Below are positions 20,174 to 29,216 of a DNA stretch of 64,000 nt, in pieces. The stretch lies in contig JBGQIB010000002.1 in NCBI GenBank assembly GCA_041498295.1, forward strand, positions 1,101 to 65,100, written 5' to 3'. This DNA comes from a bacterium (GTDB taxonomy: Bacteria; Myxococcota_A; UBA9160; SZUA-336). The first letter of the stretch is position 1. Each line of letters opens with the position of its first letter. The notes below the pieces were generated by a model. That model did not search any database and was not told the DNA's origin. It worked only from the letters and a program-made list of their open reading frames with translations. Made by a program: the position numbers and the translations under genes.

Positions 20174-20608
20174 ATGAGCGAGGCTGTCGCGGCTGCGAAG
20201 AAGCCGCTTCCCGTAGTTCCTTTTCTGAAAATCCCCGAGAAGGGCGAGCCCTATCTCGAAGGCCTGCGCTGTAGCGCATGTAAAGCCGTGTTCCTCGGAG
20301 CACGCGACGTGTGCGCGAAGTGCGGTGCGCGCAAACAGCTCGATCCGCTCCGGCTCTCCAACAAGGGTGAGCTCTACGTGTACTCGATCACGTACCGCTC
20401 GTTCCCGGGCGTCGAGACACCCTACGTCTCCGCGGTGGTCGATCTCGACGGCGGCGGAACCGTGAAGGGCAATCTGATCGGCATCGAGCCCGACCCCAAG
20501 AAGATCAAGATGGGGATGAGGGTCGACGTCGTCTACCAGGTTGCCCCGCGCAAGGACCGCGAAGGCAACGAGTATCTCACTTACTACTTCCAGCCAGCCA
20601 AGAGCTGA
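20174..20608 (+). CDS. DUF35-type Zn-ribbon/OB-fold protein (thiolase partner)
   Basis: CSACKAVFLGARDVCAKCG (Cys4 zinc ribbon) followed by an OB-fold-like C-terminus; sits immediately upstream of an SCP-x-type thiolase. Confidence 0.75.
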   Translation: MSEAVAAAKKPLPVVPFLKIPEKGEPYLEGLRCSACKAVFLGARDVCAKCGARKQLDPLRLSNKGELYVYSITYRSFPGVETPYVSAVVDLDGGGTVKGNLIGIEPDPKKIKMGMRVDVVYQVAPRKDREGNEYLTYYFQPAKS

Positions 20609-20623
20609 GAGGGGGAAACGAGC

Positions 20624-21775
20624 ATGAGCGACGTCTACATCCTCGGCACGGACATGATCAAGTTCGGAAAGTTTCCGGACCGCAGCGTGCCGCAGATCGG
20701 CGCTGAAGCCGCCCTGCTCGCGCTCGACGACGCCGGCCTCACGATTCACGACATGGAGGCGCTCTACTGCGGCAACCTGATGCAGGCGAACGCGATGGTC
20801 GGCCAGCGCATCCTGCAGCAGATCGGCCAGACCGGAATTCCCGTCGTGAACTGCGCGAACGCGTGCGCGACCGGCGCGACCGCGTTCCGCGAAGGCTGGA
20901 CCGCGATCAAAGCCGGCCTGTATGACCTCGTGCTGTGCGTCGGCGTGGAGCAGATGGCCGGCGCCGGCTTGCTCGGTGGTGGCGGCGGCAGCGGAAAGGG
21001 CATTCCGACCGAGGGCCTGCTCGGCTCGGGCACGATGCCCGCCGTGTTCGCGGAAGCAGGCATGGAGCACGCGCGCAAGTACGGCACCACCTTCGAGCAG
21101 TTCGCGAAGGTGTCGGTGAAGAATCACTGGCACTCCACGATGAACCCGAAGGCGCGCTACCAGATCGAGACGCCGCTCGAGGAAGTCATGAACGCCGAGA
21201 TGATCTCGTACCCGAACACGAAGCTGATGTGCTCGGTGAACGTGGACGGCTCGGCCGCAGCGGTGCTCGCGAGCGAGAAGATGGCCAAGAAGCTCGGGCT
21301 GAAGCGCGCGGTGAAGGTGAAAGCGTCGATCCTCACGAGCGATCGCTTCACGCAGCGCGACCTCACCATGCCCGACGTCAACACCTGCACGCGCGAGGCC
21401 GCGAAGAAGGCCTACGAGATGTCCGGCGTCGGTCCCGAGGACATCAACCTGATCGAGCTGCACGACTGCTTCGCGACGGCAGAGATCCTCCACTACGAGA
21501 ACCTCGGCATCTGCAAGGACGGCGAGGCCGGACGCCTGATCGACGAGAAGCAAACGTACCTCGGCGGACGCATCCCGGTGAACGTTTCGGGCGGGCTCCT
21601 GTCCAAGGGACATCCGCTCGGCGCGACCGGCATCGCGAACATCTACGAAGTCACCACGCACCTGCGCGGTGAAGCCGGCAAGCGCCAGGTGCAGGACGCG
21701 CGGCACGGACTCACTCACGTGATCGGTCTGGGCTCCGCCTGCGCCATCCACGTGCTCGAGAAAGTCAGCGCCTGA
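20624..21775 (+). CDS. thiolase-like protein (SCP-x/nonspecific lipid-transfer protein type)
   Basis: VVNCANACATGATAF... thiolase fold with a catalytic Cys region; pairs with the DUF35 gene. Confidence 0.85.
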   Translation: MSDVYILGTDMIKFGKFPDRSVPQIGAEAALLALDDAGLTIHDMEALYCGNLMQANAMVGQRILQQIGQTGIPVVNCANACATGATAFREGWTAIKAGLYDLVLCVGVEQMAGAGLLGGGGGSGKGIPTEGLLGSGTMPAVFAEAGMEHARKYGTTFEQFAKVSVKNHWHSTMNPKARYQIETPLEEVMNAEMISYPNTKLMCSVNVDGSAAAVLASEKMAKKLGLKRAVKVKASILTSDRFTQRDLTMPDVNTCTREAAKKAYEMSGVGPEDINLIELHDCFATAEILHYENLGICKDGEAGRLIDEKQTYLGGRIPVNVSGGLLSKGHPLGATGIANIYEVTTHLRGEAGKRQVQDARHGLTHVIGLGSACAIHVLEKVSA

Positions 21776-21783
21776 TCGACTAC

Positions 21784-21828
21784 GCTCGGCTTCGCCTCGC
21801 TGCGCGCTCGCTTCGCGAGCTTGCGCGC
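21784..21828. repeat. copy 3 (reverse orientation) of the ~45-bp intergenic repeat family
   Basis: The reverse complement GCGCGCAAGCTCGCGAAGCGAGCGCGCAGCGAGGCGAAGCCGAGC aligns with copy 1. Located between the thiolase and ALDH genes. Confidence 0.5.
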
Positions 21829-21890
21829 CGGCCGCGAAGGCGGTTTCGCGTCCGGCGGTCCTACTAACCCGCGGCAGATAGGAGACGGAA

Positions 21891-23297
21891 ATGTCTGACT
21901 ACACGATGACGATCGATGGGAAGGCCGAGTCCGCTCAGGGGACGTTCGGCGTGATCAATCCCGCGACGGAGGACATCTTCGCGCGTCCGCCCGAGTGCAC
22001 GCGCGCGCAGCTCGACGCCGCGATGGAGTCGTCGCAGACCGCCTATCGCTCCTGGAGCAAGGACGAAGCGCGCCGGCGCCAGTCACTGCTCGACATCGGC
22101 GCCGCGATCCAAGCGCGCGGTGCGGAGATCGCCCCGCTTCTGACTCAGGAGCAGGGCAAGCCCGTCGACAAGGCGATGTACGAGGTGGTCGGCTCCTCGA
22201 TCTGGTTCCAGTACACCGCCTCGCTGCAGATTCCGATCGAGACAATTCAGGATAACGAGCAGAGCCGGATCGAGATCCACCGCCGCCCGCTCGGCGTCGT
22301 GGCGGCCATCACGCCCTGGAACTTCCCGCTCATGCTCGCGGTATGGAAGATCGCGCCGGCGCTGCTCGCCGGAAACACCGTCGTGATCAAGCCCTCGCCA
22401 TACACACCGCTCACGACCTTGAAGCTCGGGGAGATTCTGCGCAGCGTGCTTCCGCCGGGAGTCGTGAACGTGGTCTCGGGCGGGAACGAGCTCGGCGGTT
22501 GGATGACGAGTCACCCGGTGCCGCGCAAGATCTCGTTCACCGGCTCGGTCGCGACCGGCAAGCGGGTCGCGGCGGCGGCGGCACCCGATCTCAAGCGCAC
22601 CACGCTCGAGCTCGGCGGCAACGACGCGGCGATCGTGCTCGACGACGTCGACGTGAAGTCGACCGCGCAGAAGATCTTCTGGGGCGCGTTCGAGAACTCC
22701 GGCCAGATCTGCAGCGCGATCAAGCGCGTGTACGTGCCCGAGAACCTGTACGGCGCGCTCGTCAGCGAGCTGACGGAGATCGCGAAGACGGTGAAGGTCG
22801 GGAACGGCCTCGAGGCGGGCATGCAGCTCGGCCCCATCAACAACAAGATGCAGTTCGAGCGCGTGAAGGAGCTGATCGAGGACGCGCGCAAGTCCGGCGC
22901 GCGCGTCGTCACCGGCGGCCAGTCGCTCTCCGCGAAGGGCTACTTCATCGCGCCCACGATCGTGTCCGAGATCAGCGACGGCACGCGCCTGGTCGACGAG
23001 GAGCAGTTCGGACCCGCGCTGCCGGTGATCCCATACCGCAAGGTCGAGGACGCGATCGAGCGCGCGAACGCGACTCACTACGGGCTCTCGGGCTCGGTGT
23101 GGTCGGCGAACGCGGAGAAGGCGGCCGACGTCGCGCGGCAGCTCGAGTGCGGCACGGCCTGGGTGAACCAACACCTGGCGATCGCCCCGAACCTTCCGTT
23201 CGGCGGCGCCAAGTGGTCGGGAATCGGCGTCGAGAACGGACCCTGGGGCCTACTCGGCTTCACCGAGATTCAGGTGGTCAACATCTCGAAGGTCTGA
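21891..23297 (+). CDS. NAD(P)-dependent aldehyde dehydrogenase
   Basis: ITPWNFPL, ELGGNDAAIV, FENSGQICSAIKRVYV and EEQFGP are ALDH catalytic signatures. GGAGACGGAA SD before the ATG. Confidence 0.9.
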   Translation: MSDYTMTIDGKAESAQGTFGVINPATEDIFARPPECTRAQLDAAMESSQTAYRSWSKDEARRRQSLLDIGAAIQARGAEIAPLLTQEQGKPVDKAMYEVVGSSIWFQYTASLQIPIETIQDNEQSRIEIHRRPLGVVAAITPWNFPLMLAVWKIAPALLAGNTVVIKPSPYTPLTTLKLGEILRSVLPPGVVNVVSGGNELGGWMTSHPVPRKISFTGSVATGKRVAAAAAPDLKRTTLELGGNDAAIVLDDVDVKSTAQKIFWGAFENSGQICSAIKRVYVPENLYGALVSELTEIAKTVKVGNGLEAGMQLGPINNKMQFERVKELIEDARKSGARVVTGGQSLSAKGYFIAPTIVSEISDGTRLVDEEQFGPALPVIPYRKVEDAIERANATHYGLSGSVWSANAEKAADVARQLECGTAWVNQHLAIAPNLPFGGAKWSGIGVENGPWGLLGFTEIQVVNISKV

Positions 23298-23340
23298 AGC
23301 CAGTTCGCGCAGGTCAGGAATAGGCCGGGGCTTCGGCGGG

Positions 23341-23828
23341 CGCCTCCTCGTGGGTCCCTTCTCGCTCGCGGACTCGCTGCGAAACCCACTCGTCGGCATC
23401 CCGCCGAAGCCCCGGCCTATTGCTGACTCGAGCACGCGGTCACTCATGTCTAAGTGGGTATCGGCGGTTCTCATTGTTCAACTCGTGCCCGCCCTAGTCG
23501 TCCACGCGGACTCTCCCAGCCGTCCAGCGTTCAACTATCTCGTTTGTGCCAGGTCAACTGGTTCTGAAGATTTGGGCAGAAGCCTCCTCGCTCGGGATCT
23601 TCTCGACGGTCACCCGATGCAAAGGACCGCATCCGGCTACATCTGGGGACAGCCTCTGGGTTTCGATCCAACGCAGTCCTTGTGCCGATTCCATGATGTC
23701 GAGCAGAAGCTTGCGGCTGACTTTCCGATGCCGGCATCGCTGAGCCGCAGCTCGCGCGTCGGCCGGACACCGACGAGTGGGTCTCGCAGCGAGTCCGCGA
23801 GCGAGAAGGGACCCTCGAGAAGGCGCCG
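23341..23828. repeat. ~490-bp low-GC element bounded by ~57-bp near-perfect inverted repeats (MITE-like or structured-RNA candidate)
   Basis: 23341-23396 and the reverse complement of 23770-23828 match at ~54/57 positions (core GGGTCCCTTCTCGCTCGCGGACTCGCTGCGA[A/G]ACCCACTCGTCGG). The interior has clearly lower GC and no convincing ORF. The left repeat is itself embedded in a 20-bp perfect hairpin (ATAGGCCGGGGCTTCGGCGG at 23320-23339 and CCGCCGAAGCCCCGGCCTAT at 23401-23420). Confidence 0.45.
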
Positions 23829-23883
23829 GCCGGAGCGCGAGCGGCGAGTCACTACGAGGCCGCTCGAGGCTCGTGAAGATCAG

Positions 23884-23921
23884 CGCGCCTCGTGTGACTC
23901 ACCGAGGCGCGCTTCTCTTTT
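23884..23921 (+). terminator. plus-strand intrinsic-terminator-like hairpin (GCGCGCCTCG..CGAGGCGCGC) followed by a TTCTCTTTT run
   Basis: 10-bp GC stem followed by a T-rich tract, which is unusual in this GC-rich DNA. Overlaps the stop codon of the convergent hydrolase gene. Confidence 0.35.
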
Positions 23922-25078
23922 CAGCAACCGTAAAAGGCGTCCATGAGCGCCTGCGGGCGCTCGTCGACGGAAATGCTGCTGCTCATGCGGTTGGTGACGT
24001 AGCCGAAGCCGACGCGCGCGCTCGGGTCGGCGAAGCCGAGGCCGCCGCCGGCGCCGGGATGCCCGAACGCGGCGGGATTCGGACCGAAGGCGAAGCCGGC
24101 GACACCTTGCTGTGTCAGCCAGTAACCCAGCCCCATGCGGATCGGGACACCGAGCAGCGCGTCGGTTCCCTCGACCTCGAGCGCGCGCGCACGTTCGACG
24201 CCCGCGGGCGAGAGGACGCACAGGCCGTCGACCTCGCCACCCCGCGCGAGCGCGCCGTAGATGCGCGCAAGCGCCGCTGCGCTGCCATGGCCATTGATCG
24301 CGGGTATCTCGGCGCGCCGGTGCGCGGGAGTGTTGTGATCGCCGGTGCCGCTCGGGTTCACGAACGCGAGCATCAGCAGCGGCGGCTCGCCCGGCGACGC
24401 GCCGCTGAACGCCTTCGCGACCTCGGGCGGCGGCGCGAGCGGGGTGATGTCGGCGGCGCGCTTCTCCTCTGCGGGGCCGAGGCCGATGTGGAAATCCGCG
24501 CCCAGCGGCGCCGCGATCTCCTCGCGGAAGAAGCGGCCGAGGCTTCGGCCGTCGATCCGCCGCACGAGCTCGCCGACGAGCCAGCCGAACGTCATCGGGT
24601 GATAGCCGACCGTCCCCGGCTCGATCCACGGCTCGGCGGCAGCGAGCGCGCCACACATCGCGTTCCAGTCGTAGAGTGTCTCGGGCGGGAGCAGAGTCCG
24701 GAGCGCCTGCAGCCCCGCGCGGTGGGAGAGCAGCCAGCGCACGGAGATCGCGCCCTTCCCGGCTTGCGCGAACTCGGGCCAGTAGCGCGCGACCGGAACG
24801 TCGAGCTCGAGGGCGCCGCGATCCAGCAGCCGGTGCGCGCACAGCGCGGTCATGCCCTTGGTGACCGAGTACACGTGCGAGATCGTGTCGGCGGTCCAGG
24901 GGCGGCTGCGCGCGGGATCGGCCCAGCCGGCGAACAGGTCGACGACCGGCTCGCCGTCGACGCTGATCGCGACGGCGGCGCCGATCTCGCTGCCCAAGCG
25001 GAACTGCTCGGCGAAGACGTCCCGCACTTTGGCGTAGCGGGGATGGACGCGACCCTGGATCTCGACGGGGGTGGGCAC
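23921..25078 (-). CDS. serine hydrolase, beta-lactamase/EstB-like family
   Basis: SVTKG (SxxK active site) and YSVTKGMTALCAH. Preferred start is GTG at 25078, with a strong AAGGAG SD 4 nt upstream. The ORF-track start at 25132 would read through the AT-rich promoter-like palindrome region. TGA stop. Confidence 0.8.
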   Translation of the reverse strand: MPTPVEIQGRVHPRYAKVRDVFAEQFRLGSEIGAAVAISVDGEPVVDLFAGWADPARSRPWTADTISHVYSVTKGMTALCAHRLLDRGALELDVPVARYWPEFAQAGKGAISVRWLLSHRAGLQALRTLLPPETLYDWNAMCGALAAAEPWIEPGTVGYHPMTFGWLVGELVRRIDGRSLGRFFREEIAAPLGADFHIGLGPAEEKRAADITPLAPPPEVAKAFSGASPGEPPLLMLAFVNPSGTGDHNTPAHRRAEIPAINGHGSAAALARIYGALARGGEVDGLCVLSPAGVERARALEVEGTDALLGVPIRMGLGYWLTQQGVAGFAFGPNPAAFGHPGAGGGLGFADPSARVGFGYVTNRMSSSISVDERPQALMDAFYGC

Positions 25079-25086
25079 GGGGCTCC

Positions 25087-25112
25087 TTGGATATTGGATA
25101 GATTCACTATCC
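25087..25112. promoter_or_regulatory. AT-rich divergent promoter region with a TTGGATA TTGGATA direct repeat and palindrome GGATAG-ATTCA-CTATCC (candidate MerR-family operator)
   Basis: Only markedly AT-rich ~70-bp stretch for kilobases. It sits between the hydrolase gene (minus) and the MerR-family gene (plus). Perfect 6+5+6 palindrome at 25096-25112. Confidence 0.4.
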
Positions 25113-25161
25113 ATAAAGCGGATACTAGACATGTCCGAGGTCCAAGGTCAAATTTCGCGCC

Positions 25162-25899
25162 ATGCGATTGGCCGAGCTCTCCCGGCGCGCGGGCGTCCCG
25201 CGCTCCACCATCAAGTTCTACATTCGCGAGGGCGTCCTCTCCGCCGGCGCCACGCACGCGCGGAACCAGGCGAGCTACGGCACGCAGCACCTCGAGCGCC
25301 TCGAGCTGATCCGCGCGCTGCGCGACGTGGCGGGCCTGCCGCTCGAGGTCGTGGCCCGAGTCACTGCCGAGCTCGATCGCGGTTGGGAGGGCGATCCGTT
25401 CGCCGAGGCGATGTTGGCGATGTACGCCCTGCCCTCGCGCGCCGCAGCGGCGGGCGACGAGCCCGAGCGCAAGCGCGTCGCAAAGGAAGTGCGCGCCTTC
25501 CTCCGCGCTCTGCCTTGGACCACCGACAACGAACGTCTCTTCTTCGCCGACGAGATCGCCGCCGCGGTTCTGCAGGTGCGCCGCTACCTGTACGCCGACT
25601 TCCCCGTGGCCGGCCTCGCGAAGTACGCCGAGATCGCGTGGCTCCTCTCCGAAGCCGAGTTCGCGCTCGCGCCCGGCGGTCCGGGGGTCCCGATGCGCGC
25701 GCGCGGCGACGATCTCGCCGAGCCGACGCGCCGCGCGATCCTCGGCAGCGTGCTCTTCGAGCGCATCTTCGGCGCGCTGCGCCACTGCGCCAACGCGATG
25801 CGCTCTACGCGCATCTCCACGGGTGCGGCGGTTCCCCCGGCTGCGCCTCGTCGGCTTACACGGAAACGCGTAGCGCCGCGCAAGAAGGCGAAGCGCTGA
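25162..25899 (+). CDS. MerR family transcriptional regulator with C-terminal effector domain
   Basis: MRLAELSRRAGVPRSTIKFYIREGVL is the MerR-type HTH N-terminus. Confidence 0.85.
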   Translation: MRLAELSRRAGVPRSTIKFYIREGVLSAGATHARNQASYGTQHLERLELIRALRDVAGLPLEVVARVTAELDRGWEGDPFAEAMLAMYALPSRAAAAGDEPERKRVAKEVRAFLRALPWTTDNERLFFADEIAAAVLQVRRYLYADFPVAGLAKYAEIAWLLSEAEFALAPGGPGVPMRARGDDLAEPTRRAILGSVLFERIFGALRHCANAMRSTRISTGAAVPPAAPRRLTRKRVAPRKKAKR

Positions 25900-25900
25900 T

Positions 25901-26356
25901 CTAAGGGTTCGCGCCGAGCGCCTCCGCGAGCGCCTCCCACGCCAAGGTCGCGCAGCGCTGGCGCGACGGCAGCGACGCGACCCGGCCGAAGGCGCGCAGA
26001 CGCGGGTCGAGATCCGCGCGCGCCGGCTCCCCGCGCACCACGCGCGCAAGCGCATCGGCGCGCGCCAGCGCAGCGGCCGAAGTCTCTCCGCGCACGAGCT
26101 CCGTCATCACGCTGCCCGACGCCACGGCGATCGAGCAACCGCGCGCGCGCGAGGACACGGCCGCGATGCGCCCGCCCTCCAACTCCACCTCGACGTGAAC
26201 CTGATCACCGCAGATCGGATTCACGGCGCGCGCCTCGGAGGTCGCGTGGGCGAGCGGCGCGCGGTTGCGCGGGTTGCGGTAGTGCTCGAGGACCACGTCG
26301 CGGTAGAGCGCCTCGAGCGTGTCGCGCTCGTCCTGCGCTTCGCTCAGGTCGGGCAC
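25901..26356 (-). CDS. NifU/IscU-like (SufU-type) Fe-S cluster scaffold protein
   Basis: NPICGDQVHV and ARGCSIAVASGSVMTELVRG match IscU/SufU cysteine motifs. TAG stop. Confidence 0.8.
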   Translation of the reverse strand: MPDLSEAQDERDTLEALYRDVVLEHYRNPRNRAPLAHATSEARAVNPICGDQVHVEVELEGGRIAAVSSRARGCSIAVASGSVMTELVRGETSAAALARADALARVVRGEPARADLDPRLRAFGRVASLPSRQRCATLAWEALAEALGANP

Positions 26357-27216
26357 TTCGCGGACTCGAGCGGCCCCTCGGGCACCTCGACTCCAGCGTC
26401 GGTGATCTGCACGCCCTTCACCTCCATCAGCGGCCGGCCGCTCGTCCGCGCCCCCCGCGAGCGCTGGATGATCTCGGCGAAGATCGAGAGCGCAATCTCC
26501 TGCGGAGTCACTGCACCGATGTCGAGCCCGGCGGGCGCGGCCACGCGGCGCAGGAGCTCAAGCGGCACGCCGTCCTCGTGCAGTCGCTCGAGCACGAGCG
26601 CGCTCCGCTTCCGGCTCGCCACCAGCCCGACGTAGGCCGGCGACTGGCGCAGCACGCGCTGCAGGGCTTCGTAGTCGCTCTTGTGTTGCGTCGCGATCAC
26701 GACGTAGGTCTGCGCGTCGCACTCCGCCTTCGCGTAGTCGGGATCCTGCATGACGCGCACGTCCGCCTGCGGGAACGCCTCGGGCGTGGCGAGCGCGTCG
26801 TTGACGGTCGTGTGAAAGCCGAGCGCGTGCGCGAAGCCGATCAGCGTCTCCGCGATCACGCCGTGACCGAGCACGAGGAGCTTCGGAGCTTGCATCATGG
26901 CCTCGATGTAGATCTCCATGTAGCCGCCGCAGGGCATCCCGACGCCGAGCACTTCGTCGTCGAGGTCGAGCCGGATCAGGCGCGAGGACCCTTCCGCCAG
27001 CAGCTCGCGCGCCACGTCCCGCACCGTGGACTCTGCGCAGCCGCCGCCGATCCAGCCGAAGACGGTGCGCCCTTGGGCATCGATGATCGACTTCGCGCCC
27101 GGCTTCGCCGACGCGCTGCCTTCGATGCGCACCACGGTCGCGACCGCGACGTTCTCGCCCGCGCGCAGCCGCGCATCGAGAACGCTCGCGAATTCCTGGG
27201 CCGAGGCGGATCCCAT
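26344..27216 (-). CDS. XdhC/CoxI family protein (molybdenum hydroxylase accessory factor)
   Basis: N-terminal XdhC_CoxI domain (VAVATVVRIEGSASAKPGAKSI) and a C-terminal Rossmann-like domain (LLVLGHGVIAETL...YVGLVASRKR). ATG at 27216 preferred; a TTG at 27258 is possible. Overlaps the SufU-like gene by 13 nt. Confidence 0.75.
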   Translation of the reverse strand: MGSASAQEFASVLDARLRAGENVAVATVVRIEGSASAKPGAKSIIDAQGRTVFGWIGGGCAESTVRDVARELLAEGSSRLIRLDLDDEVLGVGMPCGGYMEIYIEAMMQAPKLLVLGHGVIAETLIGFAHALGFHTTVNDALATPEAFPQADVRVMQDPDYAKAECDAQTYVVIATQHKSDYEALQRVLRQSPAYVGLVASRKRSALVLERLHEDGVPLELLRRVAAPAGLDIGAVTPQEIALSIFAEIIQRSRGARTSGRPLMEVKGVQITDAGVEVPEGPLESAKCPT

Positions 27217-27251
27217 GGAGGCCAGTCTAGACGGAACGGTCAACGTCCGCG

Positions 27252-27291
27252 ACCGCAAGCGAAGCGCGCAGTGAGGCGTAGCCGAACGAAG
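27252..27291. repeat. copy 2 of the ~45-bp intergenic repeat family (shorter, lacks one GAACGCGAAGCGTG unit)
   Basis: CGCAAGCGAAGCGCGCAGTGAGGCGTAGCCGAACGAAG: 29/30 identical to 16704-16733. Lies in the divergent region between the xdhC-like gene and the cytochrome gene. Confidence 0.6.
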
Positions 27292-27311
27292 TAATTTAGG
27301 ATCGAGGAACG

Positions 27312-29216
27312 ATGCCGGCCAATTTGAAGTGGACTCACGTAGCGGCGGGCGCCGCGCTCGCCGTTGCGCTCATTTGGGCCGCGTTCTCGCTGGCGCCAGC
27401 CCAGGCTGCGGATGCGCCGCGCAGCGAGCAGTCACTGCCGCGCTTCGAGGGCCGCACGCTCGATGGCGGGCATGCGGGCACGGACCTGGTGCAGAAGCGG
27501 CGCGCGATCCTGCTCGTATTCTCCTCGGCCGATCCCGACGCGGGGCGCGCGGCCGCGCTGCTCGAGGGCATCCGCGCCTCGGCTCAGCGCGCGAACGTCG
27601 CGTTGCTCGGCATTACGCGCGACCGGGATCCGGTGCTCGCGAGTCACTTCCTGAAGCTGCACGGCTTCGACTTTCCGGTGATCGTCGATGCCGACGGGGC
27701 GATCTCGGCCAAGCTGCGAGTTCCCCCCGGCACCTCCTCGCTGGTCCTGGTCGACGCGCAGGGGTACATCCTCGAGGCGCTCTCGGGCCTCGCCGCGCAG
27801 CCGGCGGCCGAGGATGCGGCGCTCGGCGTCGGGCTGCGCCGCGTCCTCGATCTGCCACCCGAAGACACGGCGGCGACCCCGACGTTCGGCGTGCTGCCGG
27901 CGGCGCCCCCCTTCGAGGTCACCGACCTCGAAGGCCAGAAGTCGGTGAAGCTCGCGGACTACGCGGGCAAGGTGCTCGTCTTCGTGTTCTTCCTGCCGAC
28001 CTGCCCGCACTGCCACGAGATGCTCAAGTATCTCGATGCGCTCGCGAAGCAGCTCGCCAACCCCGAGCTCGCGATCGTCGCGGTCTCTGTGTCGGACAAG
28101 AAGTACGTGGTCGAGGAAATGGTGAGCGACTTGAAGCTCTCCTTCCCCGCGTACCTCGACCCCTCCGCGAAGGCGCAGGCCGCTTACGGCTTCCAGCGCA
28201 CCGTGCCCGAGGCGTTCGTGATCGATCGCCAGGGGCGAGTGGTGCAGCGCACCGCGGGCGCATCGCCGCGCATCGAGGCGCTGCTCACGCTGTCCATCAA
28301 GCGCGAGCTAGGCGGGCCGAATCCGATTCTGCTCGAGAAGGCGGCGTATTCCGGCGAGGAGTTCTGCTCGGTCTGTCACCGCGAGCAACACGCGACCTGG
28401 CTGCTGACGAAGCACGCGTCCGCCTGGGAGACACTCGTCGAGCACGGCAAAGACCGCGACCCCGAGTGTCTCAGGTGTCACACCGTCGGCTTCGGCCAGC
28501 CCGGCGGCTTCGATCCGCAGCAGCGGCAGGAGCACTTGCGCGGCGTCCAGTGCGAGAACTGCCACGGCCGCGGGGGGCCGCATCAGTCGCCCGAGTTCAC
28601 CCAGGCGGGCGACTTCGAGAAGACCTGCCTCGGCTGTCACGACCCGCAGCACTCCCTGCACTTCGTATTCGCGGAGCGCCTACCCCTGGTCTCGCACGCG
28701 GCGAACCGCCAGTTCGAGAATCTCTCCGTCGAAGAGCGGCGCAAGCTCGCCGAAAAGCGCGCGAAGCGCGAGCGCCAGTTCTTCGAGCCCAGCGATTTCG
28801 TCGGCTCTGCGGCCTGCGCGAGCTGTCACGCGAAGGAGCACGAGCTCTGGTCGAAGTCCGCGCACGCGGGCGCGTTCGCCACGCTCGAGCACAAGAGCGA
28901 GGCCAAGAACGCCGATTGCCAGCGCTGTCACACGACCGGCTTCAAGCAGCCCACCGGCTTCCCGAGCGGCGGCACGACACTCGCGGGTGTCGGCTGCGAG
29001 AGCTGTCACGGCCCCGGCAAGCGCCACGTCGAGGACAAGGGCGCGACGTCCGGGACGATCCTCGCGCTCACCGACAAGTGCGACAGCTGCGCGATCGCTC
29101 TGATCTGCGGCACTTGTCACGACGACGCGAACGACAAGGGCTTCGAGTTCGCGATCGACGCGAAGCTCGCGAAGATCAAGCACGGCTTCCGCGCGAAGAA
29201 GATGGCGGCGAAGTGA
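27312..29216 (+). CDS. secreted fusion protein: two thioredoxin-like (TlpA/ResA-type) domains plus an octaheme cytochrome c
   Basis: Signal peptide MPANLKWTHVAAGAALAVALIWAAFSLAPAQA. The second redoxin domain has CPHC (FFLPTCPHCHEMLKYL). Eight CXXCH heme motifs (CSVCH, CLRCH, CENCH, CLGCH, CASCH, CQRCH, CESCH, CGTCH). Confidence 0.85.
   Translation: MPANLKWTHVAAGAALAVALIWAAFSLAPAQAADAPRSEQSLPRFEGRTLDGGHAGTDLVQKRRAILLVFSSADPDAGRAAALLEGIRASAQRANVALLGITRDRDPVLASHFLKLHGFDFPVIVDADGAISAKLRVPPGTSSLVLVDAQGYILEALSGLAAQPAAEDAALGVGLRRVLDLPPEDTAATPTFGVLPAAPPFEVTDLEGQKSVKLADYAGKVLVFVFFLPTCPHCHEMLKYLDALAKQLANPELAIVAVSVSDKKYVVEEMVSDLKLSFPAYLDPSAKAQAAYGFQRTVPEAFVIDRQGRVVQRTAGASPRIEALLTLSIKRELGGPNPILLEKAAYSGEEFCSVCHREQHATWLLTKHASAWETLVEHGKDRDPECLRCHTVGFGQPGGFDPQQRQEHLRGVQCENCHGRGGPHQSPEFTQAGDFEKTCLGCHDPQHSLHFVFAERLPLVSHAANRQFENLSVEERRKLAEKRAKRERQFFEPSDFVGSAACASCHAKEHELWSKSAHAGAFATLEHKSEAKNADCQRCHTTGFKQPTGFPSGGTTLAGVGCESCHGPGKRHVEDKGATSGTILALTDKCDSCAIALICGTCHDDANDKGFEFAIDAKLAKIKHGFRAKKMAAK

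Noticed and set aside
19013-21751. 912-aa minus-strand ORF
   Set aside because: Antisense to the well-supported Hsp70, J-protein, DUF35 and thiolase genes. Arg/Gly/Ala-rich with no domain signal.
23320-23835. Target-site duplication for the inverted-repeat element
   Set aside because: GGCCGG occurs on both flanks, but it is too short and too common in this GC-rich DNA to call a TSD.
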